Source: Acidobacteriota bacterium
GTDB lineage: Bacteria; Acidobacteriota; UBA6911
Assembly: GCA_963664705.1 (NCBI GenBank)
Contig: OY761556.1
Span: 1,568,001-1,632,000, forward strand
Length of the DNA: 64,000 nucleotides
Reading direction: 5' to 3'
Positions 10,668-21,231 of the stretch are shown piece after piece; the stretch's first letter is position 1, and every line of letters begins with the position of its first letter. Both the position numbers and the translations under genes were made by a program. Below the pieces are notes generated by a model. That model did not search any database and was not told where the DNA came from. It saw only the letters and a program-made list of their open reading frames with translations.

Positions 10668-13600
10668 TGACTCCGAACTCTCCTAGAGGAATAATCTGTT
10701 TTGCTCTCGCCCTAATGTTCATCCAGGCCGGCCTGATTTTTGCCGGAGATGATCCGTGTCGTGCAGGTGGAAGACCAGATGCGGAAACACCATTCACGAT
10801 TACGGTGGATGGCAGCCCGATGGTTGACGACAGCAAAACCGGCACAGCGGAAGAAAGAGGATGCGTTGATCCGGCGCTGGCGAAGGCCGATATCCAGATC
10901 CACTATGATTCGCTCCAGTTGTCTCCGGCGCTGAATGCCTGGAGTACTGTAAAGGGCGCAGCACGCGAAAACGAGGTCCGGTTCTTCACCTATACCAATT
11001 ATGCTTTGCTCTTGCGCAAGGCAGAGATTCGCATCTTTCGGAAAGGACAAGACACGGCGCAAACGCCTTACGCCGTGATGCCGGTGAGTATCGGAGGTGC
11101 AAGTTCCTGGCAGTGGCCTGCCGAGGCGCCCGACGATCTGTTCTTTGTTTTGCGCGTTTATGACGAAAAGGACCGATTTGATGAGACGGCGGCAAAACCG
11201 GTGGTGCAGCCGACACAGAATAAGTCCCAGAAAGAAAGTGCAGACAAGGAACCGGATGAGCTGGCAGGCTTTGGCGAGAACAGCAGAAAGCTTGCAAACA
11301 TTCCTGTGCACGGTGGCACCATCACGATCAATGGCTCGAAAATGACAGCAGGCCAGACGGTGTCTGCACTCGGCTTTCCTGTGCCAGTGGATAGGGAAGG
11401 GAAGTTCGCCTTCAGGCAGATTCTCCTTTCCGGCCCCCATGTAGTGGAAGTTTCGGTAAAGGATAAAAACGGGCGGGAGACGGTTTTCCGCCGCAGTGTC
11501 TCGATCGCTGACAATGACTGGTTCTATGTGGCTCTTGCAGATATCACACTGGGTCGCAACTCTGCAGTAAAACCATCGGAACTCGTGGCTGACGGTACAG
11601 AATCCTACAACAAGCGCGAGTATATAGAAGGACGCGGGGCCTTCTACCTGAAGGGCCTGGTAAAGGGTGAGTACCTGCTGACTGCAAGCGCCGATACCAG
11701 AGAGCGGAGGCTGGCGGACCTTTTCAGCAACTTCGATTCCAAAGATCCCCAGTATCTTCTGCGCAGGATTGATCCCGACAAATTCTATCCGGTATATGGT
11801 GACGACAGCACCATCGTTGATGACGCCCCGACGCAGGGCAAATTTTACGTGCGGCTGGAGAGAGGCGATTCGCGTGTGATGTGGGGGAATTTCCAGACCT
11901 CATGGACCGGCACCGAGTTGACCCAATACAGCAGGGGACTTTACGGGGCGAATCTCGTGTGGACTTCCGGCAGCACCACGCAGTACGGGGAGAAAAGAGC
12001 AACGGTCAACGGTTTTGCGGCTGAACCGGGGACTCTGTCCTCTCGTGAAGAATTCCGGGGCACCGGTGGGTCACTCTACTATCTGCATAATCTTGACATC
12101 ACCCAGGGATCGGAACGCCTGTGGATAGAGATCCGAGATAAGGATTCCGAGATTGCGGTAGAACGCCGGCAGCTTACGCCAGTGGAAGATTACGATATAG
12201 ACTATATACAAGGTAGAATCATGCTTCGCGCTCCCCTCTCGTCAACCGCAGACGGCAGCACGCTTGTCCGTACTGCTTCCATTGATGGAGATCCGGCCTA
12301 TCTGATCGTTACCTATGAGTATGTTCCGGGCTTGAATAAATTATCCGGCCTGGCAACGGGGGGGCAGGCAGGAGTCTGGGTCAGCGACCATCTCCATTTT
12401 GGAGCATCGGTATACAGTCAAGGAGACGACCAGGTCAAACAGAAACTGGGCGGTGCCGACATCATCGCTCGCTATAAGCCCGGTACCTTTGTTAAGGCGG
12501 AAATTGCCAGATCCGAAGGCTCCGGTAATGGAATGCTCTCATCCATCAGTGGAGGATTCGATTTTAATCAGAGCCTGACTTCCGGAGATCGTGCATCGGC
12601 ATGGTACCTGGTCGGTGCGGTGGATTTTGGCGAACTGTGGAAAGGCTCCAATGGAAGGGCAACAGCCTATTGGAAAGAGAGGGAACGGGGGTTCTCTGCC
12701 CCCGGACAAATCGCCGATACCGGGGAAGCCGTTTCCCAGATGGGCATGACAGCGCAGACGCCGTTCGGCAAGTCCATGCTGATCGGGCTTAAGGCTGATC
12801 GCTTCGATGCGGATAGCCAGACGAGAACTTCAGCGGAAACAAGTGTGAAGAAAAACCTGACGTCAGAGTTCGCGGCCAGCATTGGTGTCCGCTATGACGA
12901 TCGCAACGTTAGGATGGCCAATGCTAGTCGGAATCTGTCGCGCAGCGGCAGCCGAACGGACGCCATCGCCCGGATCGACTATACGCCTGTTGTTCGGGGA
13001 GCGAAGGCAGCGGGCGGGTCGGATGCGAAACCGAGTCACAAATCCTGGGGATTGTATGGGTTCCTTCAAGGGACTGTTGCTCGCACTGAGGACAGAAATC
13101 GCTACGATCGAGCAGGACTGGGCGCTACGTGGCAAGCCAGCAGATATTTCAAACTCGGAATTGAGGCCTCGGATGGCTATGGAGGACTGGGCGGCAAAGT
13201 TTCAGGAGATTATGCCATCAACCAACGCAGCAGCGTCTATCTGTCGTACCAAATGGAATCGGAGTTGCCCGATGCGGAGAACCGAGGCGAAATGGGGACC
13301 GGCGTTTTCGGAAGCAAGTACAAATTCTCAGAGCGCCTGGGTGTATTTGGCGAGACCCGCATAGCCAACGGTTATACGTCGAGCCTTATGCACTCGTTCG
13401 GTCTCGATCTGGCGTCCAGGAAGCGGTGGACATATGGGCTGAAATATGAAACCGGAACCTTGAGCGACCAGAATGCAGGCGATATAAAACGGCACGCAGT
13501 CGGATTGAGCACTACCTATAAGTTCGAGAAGACAAAGTATGCAGGTGCCGTGGAATACCGGAACGATTCCGGCACCGAAGACCGCACTGCCTGGCTGGTC

Positions 13601-14224
13601 CGCAATTCGTTTGCCTATCAGGCGAATCCCTCGTGGAGACTGCTTGGTAAATTCAACCTGTCTTCGAGCGATTCGAGCGCCGGGTCCTTCTATTCCGGGG
13701 ATTTTGTGGAAGGAGTATTCGGAGCTGCTTATCGGCCGGTCAACGGCGATAAATGGAATAGTCTTTTCAAGTACACCTACTACTATAACCTGCCTTCGGC
13801 AGGGCAAAAAACCGCAACGAATCCGGTTGCGGATTACATTCAGAAAAGCCACGTTATTTCCTTCGATGCTATCTACGACCTGGCGCATTGGCTTTCATTG
13901 GGAGGGAAGTACGGGTTGAGATTGGGCGACTTGCAGCAGTCGAGGGTTGACGGGGGCGACTGGTTCTCAAGCCGGGCGCAAATCTACATAGTGCGTGCCG
14001 ATTTTCACGTAATCCGAAATTGGGATGCCACCATTGAGGGCCGGCGCCTTTATGCGAAGGAGGCCGGGGATGCCCGGTCCGGCGCGCTTGCCGCGATCTA
14101 TCGGCACATAGGCGAAAACGTGAAGGTTGGTATCGGGTATAACTTCACCAACTTCTCGGACGATCTGACGGATCTTTCGTACAGAAGTCACGGAGTGTTT
14201 CTGAATGTTATTGGCGGCTTCTAG
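10667..14224 (+). CDS. Large secreted/outer-membrane beta-barrel-like protein, partner of the DUF11 adhesin
   Basis: The ATG at 10667 overlaps the upstream TGA (GTGATGA) and follows a GAGGAGG RBS. It has a signal peptide, amphipathic aromatic-rich beta strands in the C-terminal half, and a terminal Phe (GVFLNVIGGF). Confidence 0.8.
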   Translation: MTPNSPRGIICFALALMFIQAGLIFAGDDPCRAGGRPDAETPFTITVDGSPMVDDSKTGTAEERGCVDPALAKADIQIHYDSLQLSPALNAWSTVKGAARENEVRFFTYTNYALLLRKAEIRIFRKGQDTAQTPYAVMPVSIGGASSWQWPAEAPDDLFFVLRVYDEKDRFDETAAKPVVQPTQNKSQKESADKEPDELAGFGENSRKLANIPVHGGTITINGSKMTAGQTVSALGFPVPVDREGKFAFRQILLSGPHVVEVSVKDKNGRETVFRRSVSIADNDWFYVALADITLGRNSAVKPSELVADGTESYNKREYIEGRGAFYLKGLVKGEYLLTASADTRERRLADLFSNFDSKDPQYLLRRIDPDKFYPVYGDDSTIVDDAPTQGKFYVRLERGDSRVMWGNFQTSWTGTELTQYSRGLYGANLVWTSGSTTQYGEKRATVNGFAAEPGTLSSREEFRGTGGSLYYLHNLDITQGSERLWIEIRDKDSEIAVERRQLTPVEDYDIDYIQGRIMLRAPLSSTADGSTLVRTASIDGDPAYLIVTYEYVPGLNKLSGLATGGQAGVWVSDHLHFGASVYSQGDDQVKQKLGGADIIARYKPGTFVKAEIARSEGSGNGMLSSISGGFDFNQSLTSGDRASAWYLVGAVDFGELWKGSNGRATAYWKERERGFSAPGQIADTGEAVSQMGMTAQTPFGKSMLIGLKADRFDADSQTRTSAETSVKKNLTSEFAASIGVRYDDRNVRMANASRNLSRSGSRTDAIARIDYTPVVRGAKAAGGSDAKPSHKSWGLYGFLQGTVARTEDRNRYDRAGLGATWQASRYFKLGIEASDGYGGLGGKVSGDYAINQRSSVYLSYQMESELPDAENRGEMGTGVFGSKYKFSERLGVFGETRIANGYTSSLMHSFGLDLASRKRWTYGLKYETGTLSDQNAGDIKRHAVGLSTTYKFEKTKYAGAVEYRNDSGTEDRTAWLVRNSFAYQANPSWRLLGKFNLSSSDSSAGSFYSGDFVEGVFGAAYRPVNGDKWNSLFKYTYYYNLPSAGQKTATNPVADYIQKSHVISFDAIYDLAHWLSLGGKYGLRLGDLQQSRVDGGDWFSSRAQIYIVRADFHVIRNWDATIEGRRLYAKEAGDARSGALAAIYRHIGENVKVGIGYNFTNFSDDLTDLSYRSHGVFLNVIGGF

Positions 14225-14549
14225 TACTCCCGTGTCACGGATGCTGAAACGAACTCCAGATAAGGCATTGTGTATGATCGTGATTTAACAACCAAATGCA
14301 CTCAAACCCGCTGTTTATGCGAATCAGCCCTTGTTAGGACACGCCAGTGAACTGTAACGAGGATTCGCGTGCAGCTATAGCGCAATTGCGGCCGTAATCA
14401 GTTTGTTCATTCCCAAGCTGACTGGAAACAACATAAGTATTGAAATTGAGCGGCCAGGGTAAATTACTACCCGCTTGTTGGCGTATGCTTCTGATACTAT
14501 GTTCCACGCAGGCTATTATCAATTTTTCAAGCATGAGGAGTTGGAATGT

Positions 14550-15017
14550 ATGCCTATACCAATTCATTATCATTTTCAGCAGCTATTTAGGGTATCTGCC
14601 CGTGAGGCATACGCCTGGTGCACAAACTTTGCACCCAACGATCATGCCCTTATGGCCGAAGAGAATGCCCGTCGAAAGGTAGAAAACTTGACCGGGCGAA
14701 CGGTCATTTTGACCGACGCGTTTTTTGTTGGTACGGCAGGCCAGGTTGAAAAACGGAAGCTGGTGCAGCTATATCCTGAAATGCTGTTTTGGACGTGCAC
14801 GCACCTGAGCGGGCCAGCTGTACATTCGCAATTTATCTATCAGATCACCGCACAAGGTGAAAAGGAGTCGCGCCTGGATTTCACCGGTATATTCCTTGAC
14901 CATACGCATGAAGCTCTGAGCGAATCGGATATCAGCAATCTGACTGAAAAAGAGTGCAAGAATGACCAGGCTGCCTGGGAACTTCTGGCAAAGGCGATGG
15001 AGCGGGAACTCTGCTAA
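14550..15017 (+). CDS. Hypothetical protein, SRPBCC/START-like fold suspected
   Basis: GAGGAG RBS before the ATG at 14550. The pattern (AREAYAWCTNF...beta strands...C-terminal helix AWELLAKAMERE) resembles SRPBCC proteins. Confidence 0.6.
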   Translation: MPIPIHYHFQQLFRVSAREAYAWCTNFAPNDHALMAEENARRKVENLTGRTVILTDAFFVGTAGQVEKRKLVQLYPEMLFWTCTHLSGPAVHSQFIYQITAQGEKESRLDFTGIFLDHTHEALSESDISNLTEKECKNDQAAWELLAKAMERELC

Positions 15018-15047
15018 CGTGGGAAATCAACCGGGCAAAGGAAACTT

Positions 15048-15365
15048 ATGAGTGAATTGAAGGGATTTCAGAAGTCATATTTAAGAGGCATAGCACATGA
15101 CCGCAAACCCATTGTCCAGATCGGGAAGGAAGGGATCGTGCCGGGCGTGATCCAGTCTGTCAACGATGGACTTCTGCGCCATGAAGTGATCAAAGTCAGG
15201 TTCATCAGCTTCAAGGAAAAGGAACAGAAGGAAGCGCTTGCCTCAGAACTTGCGGCTGCGACGGATTCCATAAGAATCGGGATGGTCGGCCATACGCTCA
15301 TCCTTTATAAACAGCAACCGGATCCCAAGAAGCGAAGAATCCATGTCCCGGCCAGTGCCACCTAG
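15048..15365 (+). CDS. yhbY: YhbY/CRM-domain RNA-binding protein
   Basis: QKSYLRGIAHDRKPIVQIGKEG...HEVIKVRF...GHTLILYK is the CRS1/YhbY signature. Confidence 0.9.
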   Translation: MSELKGFQKSYLRGIAHDRKPIVQIGKEGIVPGVIQSVNDGLLRHEVIKVRFISFKEKEQKEALASELAAATDSIRIGMVGHTLILYKQQPDPKKRRIHVPASAT

Positions 15366-15452
15366 CTCTCGGTCACGCTCCCGGCGCCTGCGTAGGCACG
15401 AGACAATAGGGCCATTGCCACGAGTATGACGCATTGCAGCCGTTTCCCTGGT

Positions 15453-16355
15453 TTATTGTCGGGAACGATCTCCCTTTGAACCGATTGTCGATTTCAAGCC
15501 GGGCTTTTGGGCAACCGGGGGTGCTTTGCGGATGGCTCTCAGTCTTAGATATCCGACAGCGGCACGCAACCGCACGCTCTGACTCTGGTCTTTGAGCATA
15601 GTTGCGAGATCGTCCTGAAGGGAAGGATCGTTCCGCAGAGCAAGCGAATGAACCGCTGCGGACCTGACCGAAGCGTCTTTATCCGCCAGCGCTTCCCGCA
15701 AGGCTTTCAGTGTGGCAGGGTCCTTTTCTCTGCCGAGAAGCAGAGCCGCGGTAGCTCGGCCCGAAACTCCCGGGTCCGAGAGGATCTCCTGCATCGACGA
15801 AACGCCGTCCCCAAATCCCGGCAATGGAGCAAAGCCGATGCCTTTCTTAAATGCGAACATGAACAGGGCCCTTGGAGTGTGCAGCATCCGCAATGCATCC
15901 CGTTTTTGCTTGGTCAGATATCCCGACGCCACCTTGGATTCATTGGCAAGCACCGAAAGCAGGGCCTCTTTGCCGGCCGGATCACTCAGGAGAAACAAAG
16001 CCTTTGCGGCAGCAAAGCTCACCTCCGGCACGTCACTGTTAAGAGCCTTGTGCAACAGGAGCGTGGCACGCTTTCCCTTCAGGTCGTAAAGGCTGGCCAC
16101 CGTTGCCAGGCAGACCTCCACGTCCTTGTCATCCAGCAACTTCTCCAATTCGGAAAGAAAGGGCTCACGCTGGCCGCCCAAACTCAGGGCGACAGCGGCC
16201 AGCTTGCGGGTGTCAGGATTATTGTCCCGAAGGGCTTTCGTGATGAGGTCGCGCGCATGCGCTTCGATTCCGGCGGGATTTGTGCTCTCGAGATTCTGAC
16301 CCAGCACGGTGGTCCCAAGAAAAATGAAGGGCAATAGCAGATATATCCGAGCCAT
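15453..16355 (-). CDS. Secreted HEAT-repeat protein
   Basis: Signal peptide and repeated LxDxDxxVRxAAxxAL units. Confidence 0.85.
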   Translation of the reverse strand: MARIYLLLPFIFLGTTVLGQNLESTNPAGIEAHARDLITKALRDNNPDTRKLAAVALSLGGQREPFLSELEKLLDDKDVEVCLATVASLYDLKGKRATLLLHKALNSDVPEVSFAAAKALFLLSDPAGKEALLSVLANESKVASGYLTKQKRDALRMLHTPRALFMFAFKKGIGFAPLPGFGDGVSSMQEILSDPGVSGRATAALLLGREKDPATLKALREALADKDASVRSAAVHSLALRNDPSLQDDLATMLKDQSQSVRLRAAVGYLRLRAIRKAPPVAQKPGLKSTIGSKGDRSRQ

Positions 16356-16431
16356 GATCTCTCCCGATTATAATGTTACCGCATCGTTATGCTTCGCATC
16401 GGGTGTTAACCTTTTCGCCGACTGGAGGAAT

Positions 16432-16764
16432 ATGAACAAGGAACCGTCGACACGTCAGAAACAGATAGTAAAAGATCTTGCGCCCAAGCTGTTTGATTTG
16501 ACCGAGAATGTTCTGTTTGGGGATGTATGGGAGCGGCCGGGGCTTTCAAAACGCGATCGCTGTCTTATAACTATCGGGGCATTGATTGCGTTGAATCGCA
16601 CGGAACAACTGCCCTTTTACCTCGAAAAGGCGCTTGAAAGCGGCGTTGCCAAAAATGAACTGATCGAAGTCATCACCCACCTCGCATTTTATTCGGGCTG
16701 GCCAACCGCGATGAATGCCACCACGCTTGCCAAGGAGATATTTTCTAAAGATGAAAAAGGATAA
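16432..16764 (+). CDS. Carboxymuconolactone decarboxylase (CMD) family protein
   Basis: LFGDVWERPGLSKRDRCLITIGALIA and ITHLAFYSGWPTA motifs; GGAGG RBS before 16432. Confidence 0.9.
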   Translation: MNKEPSTRQKQIVKDLAPKLFDLTENVLFGDVWERPGLSKRDRCLITIGALIALNRTEQLPFYLEKALESGVAKNELIEVITHLAFYSGWPTAMNATTLAKEIFSKDEKG

Positions 16765-16886
16765 AGAGTGCAGGTTGGGAAGCAACAATCTGTAGATTCT
16801 CCTTTTCTTTATAAACAATGGATATCGGCTGTAATGCTATACTGCTGCTCGTTCCACGCAAAACCAACCTTGATGAGGATAACCGT

Positions 16887-18170
16887 ATGCCAGATCGGAG
16901 TTTCTACGGCTGGAAACTGTTGGCGGCTCTATGGGTGATTGTCTGCATCAATCTGGCCTTTCCCATTTACGGCACAAGAGTCCTTGATGCGGTGATGGTT
17001 GAGGACTTAAACCTGAACCGTCAGACATTGGGGGGCATCTTTTCCCTCTACACGATCTTGTCGGGTCTCCCCGGCCCGCTGGCGGCTCTATGTGTTGGAC
17101 GCTACGGAGTCCGAATCACCATGTTTGCCGGAAGCTTGCTGGTTCTGATCGGCTCTCTGCTGATGGCGACAGTGGTCCGGAGCGGATTGCATGCTGCCCT
17201 GGCATTTGGAATCGTTGTCGGCATGGGTGTGGCCATGGGAGGAGTCGTGGGAGCTCAGGCTGGAATTGCCAAATGGTTCGTACAAAGGCGCGCTCTGGCG
17301 CTGGCAATATTCAGCACCGCATCGGGTGTTGGCGGTTTCATCGCATCCCCTTTGTTGAACAAAATTCTTGTCCTGTCGTCGAAGAACTGGAGAATGGGCT
17401 GGGCAATGATTTCGGCTCTGGCCTGCCTTGCTGCAGTGGTCTCAATCATTTTTATTAAAGAGGATCCGAAGGACCTGGGGCAATTGCCCGATGGGAGTGC
17501 CGCTGGTACTTCGACTCAAAACGGTGGCGGTCCCGGAAAGAATCCAAAAAAGTTGCATTTGACAGCCCAGAACTGGTCCTACCGGGAAGTCGTTTCCAAC
17601 CGATCCTTTTGGATCATGATGATTTGCCACATGGGCATGGCTTCCGGATATTCGCTCTTCCTGGGGCATGGCGTGGTTCATCTGATGGATATCGGGCATA
17701 CGCGCGATGCAGGTTCCTGGGCCATCAGCTTGATTGCCTTGACCAGCCTTATAGGGAAGGGAATTATCGCCGCACTGGGCGATCGAATTGAACCTCGATT
17801 TATCTGGGCGAGTTTCATCGCTATATTCGGAGCTGGCATGATACTCACGGTCCATGCAGGAACCACGCTTCTGCTCGTAGGCGTGGCTACGTGCCTCGGA
17901 ATCGGATTTGGCGGAGGCGTCGTCTGTCTTGCCACGGTGCTGAGCAACTATTACGGCACAAAAGTGTTCGCGTCCTTGATCGGGTTGTCGCTGGCCATCA
18001 GCACAACCTTAGGCGCTGTTGCCCCTTATGTGGCCGGGAGATTGTATGACAGCGGGCACGGGTACCAGGGAGTGTTCTATGCTCTTGCGCTCTGGTGCTG
18101 CATAGGATCCATCATTCTCTTTGTCATGAAATTCCCCGTCAGAAGGAATGGTTCGGGACAGGCAGTCTGA
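16887..18170 (+). CDS. MFS transporter (OFA/MCT-like)
   Basis: About 12 hydrophobic segments; FYGW N-terminus, GRYGVR motif A, KWFVQRRALA and LGDRIEPR. Confidence 0.9.
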   Translation: MPDRSFYGWKLLAALWVIVCINLAFPIYGTRVLDAVMVEDLNLNRQTLGGIFSLYTILSGLPGPLAALCVGRYGVRITMFAGSLLVLIGSLLMATVVRSGLHAALAFGIVVGMGVAMGGVVGAQAGIAKWFVQRRALALAIFSTASGVGGFIASPLLNKILVLSSKNWRMGWAMISALACLAAVVSIIFIKEDPKDLGQLPDGSAAGTSTQNGGGPGKNPKKLHLTAQNWSYREVVSNRSFWIMMICHMGMASGYSLFLGHGVVHLMDIGHTRDAGSWAISLIALTSLIGKGIIAALGDRIEPRFIWASFIAIFGAGMILTVHAGTTLLLVGVATCLGIGFGGGVVCLATVLSNYYGTKVFASLIGLSLAISTTLGAVAPYVAGRLYDSGHGYQGVFYALALWCCIGSIILFVMKFPVRRNGSGQAV

Positions 18171-18262
18171 CGACATTCCCTTTGTTCACTGGGAGCGCCG
18201 CCTGGGCAGGGTTGCTCTTGCCGGTGAGACACCTAATGCCATTTGCTTTTTTTTGAGCGTTT

Positions 18263-18505
18263 TTCTTTCGCCCCTGGCCGGGGCTTGTCTATTTTGCAAT
18301 CGAGAACCAGGGGTTCGCTACGCTCACCCCCGGCTATTCGCTATCGGGCCTCCGGCCCTTATAAAAATCGGATATTTCTCCCAAACCGGTCAAGCCAAAT
18401 GGCAGGCATAGCGCCGAAGGCGCGCCAGAAAATAGACAGGGGTGAGCGAAGCGAACCCCTGGAATGTGATCAGGAATGACGGAACCCCGGCCAGGGGCGA
18501 AAGAA
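18263..18505. repeat. REP-like long inverted repeat (copy 1)
   Basis: TTCTTTCGCCCCTGGCCGGGG...CCAGGGGTTCGCTACGCTCACCCC mirrors GGGGTGAGCGAAGCGAACCCCTGG...CCCCGGCCAGGGGCGAAAGAA. Related copies lie at ~29340-29580 and ~45035-45160. Confidence 0.8.
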
Positions 18506-19029
18506 CGGCAATTGCAATAATAAATGAATGACATTAGGCGAGACGCCAGCGTACCCGGTGCGTCGTGATAAAAAATGGGAGTGCCACAATGTGGGAGTAA
18601 ATCCCCGCAGGGGAAAGCTTCCCCGAACATCCACTCCGTGGCAGATATCGTTTCGATGCAGAATCAGGCTGATTTGCCGATAGTAGACGACAATTAGTCG
18701 TTAATCATCAGAAGCAAGGCCGCATGATGATATGCAATATCGTTTATTGCGCATCGTGCTGGAACCATTATTGCATATTGCATCAAGCAGTAGGGATATT
18801 GTACGTAATCCGTAATACTGTTGCTCGCTGCAAGACGCTCGCTCAGGTATTCCTACCGAAATAGACAATCACTCATTGAAGAACCAATCGGCGGCTTATT
18901 GCTGACGACGCGATTCGTGTCGGATGCGGTATTTGAATGAGCCGTTCCATCTGTGTTGACAAATTGTTTTCGTGCGCTGCGAGCTGCTTTGTTGCCTCGC
19001 CCATGGAACTTTATGCTCCAAGGAGAAAC

Positions 19030-20643
19030 ATGAAACTCGAGCAAAAAAGATTGCCTAGATTGATCTTGGCTATTGTACTGTTGGTTTCCGCGTGTGCTAC
19101 CGCCTATTCATTCGGTTCGTATCTGAGCCAGTTCCTGGCCGCATACCCGACGTCAACCTATCCAAATGCGGCTGCGCTCAATACCTGTCTTCTCTGCCAC
19201 ACTACTTCAAGCGGCGGATCCCGAAATTCTTATGGAACGGCATGGGCTGCGGCCGGATACAGTTTTTCGGCAATTGAAAGTGCGGATTCGGATGGAGATG
19301 GCTACACGAACATCCAGGAAATCACTGCAGGAACATTCCCCGGTGACCTGTCGAGCCATCCAATTCCTGCCACCTATACTATTGGTGGGAGTCTCAGCGG
19401 GCTGTCGTCGGGCAGCGTCGTGCTGCAGAACAACGGAGGTGGCAACCTCACGCTCAGCGCCAACGGTGCCTTTGCCTTCGCCACGAAACTGGCCAGCGGA
19501 ACGGCATACAACGTGACAGTTCTGACACAACCTGCGGGCCAGTCCTGCTCCGTCACAAACGGAACGGGAACTGTGGGTTCGGCCAACGTGACCAACGTTG
19601 CGGTTGCATGCACATTGTTGACGCCAACTACCTATACTATTGGTGGGAGTCTCAGCGGGCTGTCGTCGGGCAGCGTGGTGCTGCAGAACAACGGAGGCGG
19701 CAACCTCACGCTCAGCGCCAACGGTACGTTTGCCTTCGCCGCAAAACTGGCGAGCGGAACGGCGTACAACGTGACAGTTCTGACACAGCCTTCGGGCCAG
19801 TCCTGCTCCGTAACAAACGGAACGGGCACTGTCGGTTCGGCTAACGTGACCAATGTCGCAGTTTCGTGCCAGTCCATTGTTGCTATGCCGAGCATCACCA
19901 TCACATTGCCAACCTCCAGTTCAACCTACACGACAAATTCAAGCCCACTAGACATCTCTGGGGCGACCACTGGCGGTGCCAATATCACCAGCGTGACTTG
20001 GGCCAACCTCACCGGAGGAAATGGCAACGCGACAACCACAACTTCATGGTCCACCTGGTCCGTATCCGGAATACCGCTGCAAAGCGGCATAAATGTCATC
20101 ACGGTAACCGCCAAAGATGCGGCCGGGAATTCCGGCACCGATACGCTGACCGTTACCTACAATGCACCGGATAATTCAGGGGACGATCTGTCCGGCATGA
20201 AGCTATGGGAGGGGAAATGGCTTAAACTAAGCATAGTTCGCGCCGGAAGTCGCGGGTGGGGAAGCACCGCATATATGGAAATTCTGTCGTGGGATTCAGC
20301 TCTGCGAATCCTCCGGACGAAGATATATTCGCCGGACAGCGACAGCAAATCCTGGGGAGTCACTGCATTGCCGTTGCGGTATACCTCGGGGGATCCTCTG
20401 CGGTTCCTGTTCACGTTCGATTTCGCGGGATACTATGGTTTCTCCGGCAGCCTCTCCGGCACTGCGGATAGCGGTGGAACGCTCGTAGCCGCGAAACTGA
20501 GAGCTCAGGGTGTTTATCTGTCGCGTGAAAAGGATGATCAGGAGAACGACGACGATCGTGAAAATACGAGCAGCATACGCGGAATCCTGATACAGCCGTC
20601 TCAGGTCCCGCAGCAGGTGCTCCGAAACGGCTCGGGCTTCTAA
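19030..20643 (+). CDS. Secreted monoheme c-type cytochrome with Ca-binding-like motif and tandem Ig-like repeats
   Basis: AAGGAG RBS, signal peptide, CLLCH (CxxCH) and DSDGDGYTN. Two 86-aa YTIGGSLSGL...VAVxC repeats (258-nt duplication starting at 19372 and 19630) are followed by an Ig-like domain. Confidence 0.75.
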   Translation: MKLEQKRLPRLILAIVLLVSACATAYSFGSYLSQFLAAYPTSTYPNAAALNTCLLCHTTSSGGSRNSYGTAWAAAGYSFSAIESADSDGDGYTNIQEITAGTFPGDLSSHPIPATYTIGGSLSGLSSGSVVLQNNGGGNLTLSANGAFAFATKLASGTAYNVTVLTQPAGQSCSVTNGTGTVGSANVTNVAVACTLLTPTTYTIGGSLSGLSSGSVVLQNNGGGNLTLSANGTFAFAAKLASGTAYNVTVLTQPSGQSCSVTNGTGTVGSANVTNVAVSCQSIVAMPSITITLPTSSSTYTTNSSPLDISGATTGGANITSVTWANLTGGNGNATTTTSWSTWSVSGIPLQSGINVITVTAKDAAGNSGTDTLTVTYNAPDNSGDDLSGMKLWEGKWLKLSIVRAGSRGWGSTAYMEILSWDSALRILRTKIYSPDSDSKSWGVTALPLRYTSGDPLRFLFTFDFAGYYGFSGSLSGTADSGGTLVAAKLRAQGVYLSREKDDQENDDDRENTSSIRGILIQPSQVPQQVLRNGSGF

Positions 20644-20671
20644 GCAATTCTTCGAATCAGGCAAGCAAACC

Positions 20672-20699
20672 AGGGGCACGGTTCGCCGTGTCCCTTTTT
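20672..20699 (+). terminator. Intrinsic terminator
   Basis: AGGGGCACGG-TTCG-CCGTGTCCCT followed by a T run, just after the stop at 20643. Confidence 0.75.
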
Positions 20700-21231
20700 G
20701 CGTGTTGGAATCGGTGCGGACACCCCACGCGATGAAGATCACTTATATTTTGTAAAGGAAACTCCGGGGGTCCCTTTACCTTGAGCCTCCACGAGGTGTG
20801 AAGATTATTAAAATATTTTTAATAAAACCTGCCTGTCCTGAAAAATAAACAGTAAAGGAAATTGCAAAACAGATGCACCTCATAAGTCGGGGCGCAAAAA
20901 GCGACTATTGATAGCGTGGTTGAATCCATTGTGCGCGGCCTCCTGGTGGCAATAGTTCAAGCCTTGAATCTACAGGGATAGCGGCGGGAAGGGAATCCGC
21001 AACAGCCTGCCTAACTTATATGCGTGCAATTTGTCATTATGATAATTCATTTGATGCATGACTGAGTAGGGATCAACAATTAATGCGTAGCAAATTAGAT
21101 AAGAATAATGAAGTCGATCTTGTAGGGTATGAAAAAGCGAGGGCTGCATCTTACCGCTGGGCAGCCGAGATACACGTCTTGAATGAAGCGCTGGCATTTG
21201 AAACTGGGCTATCAGGCCTAAGGAGGTTCCG

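Noticed and set aside
18588-18643. Possible riboswitch (TGCCAC...GTGGCA three-way junction) and GCCGATAG box at 18676
   Set aside because: I recognise no aptamer consensus, it lies ~400 bp from the next start, and the support is too weak without a covariance search.
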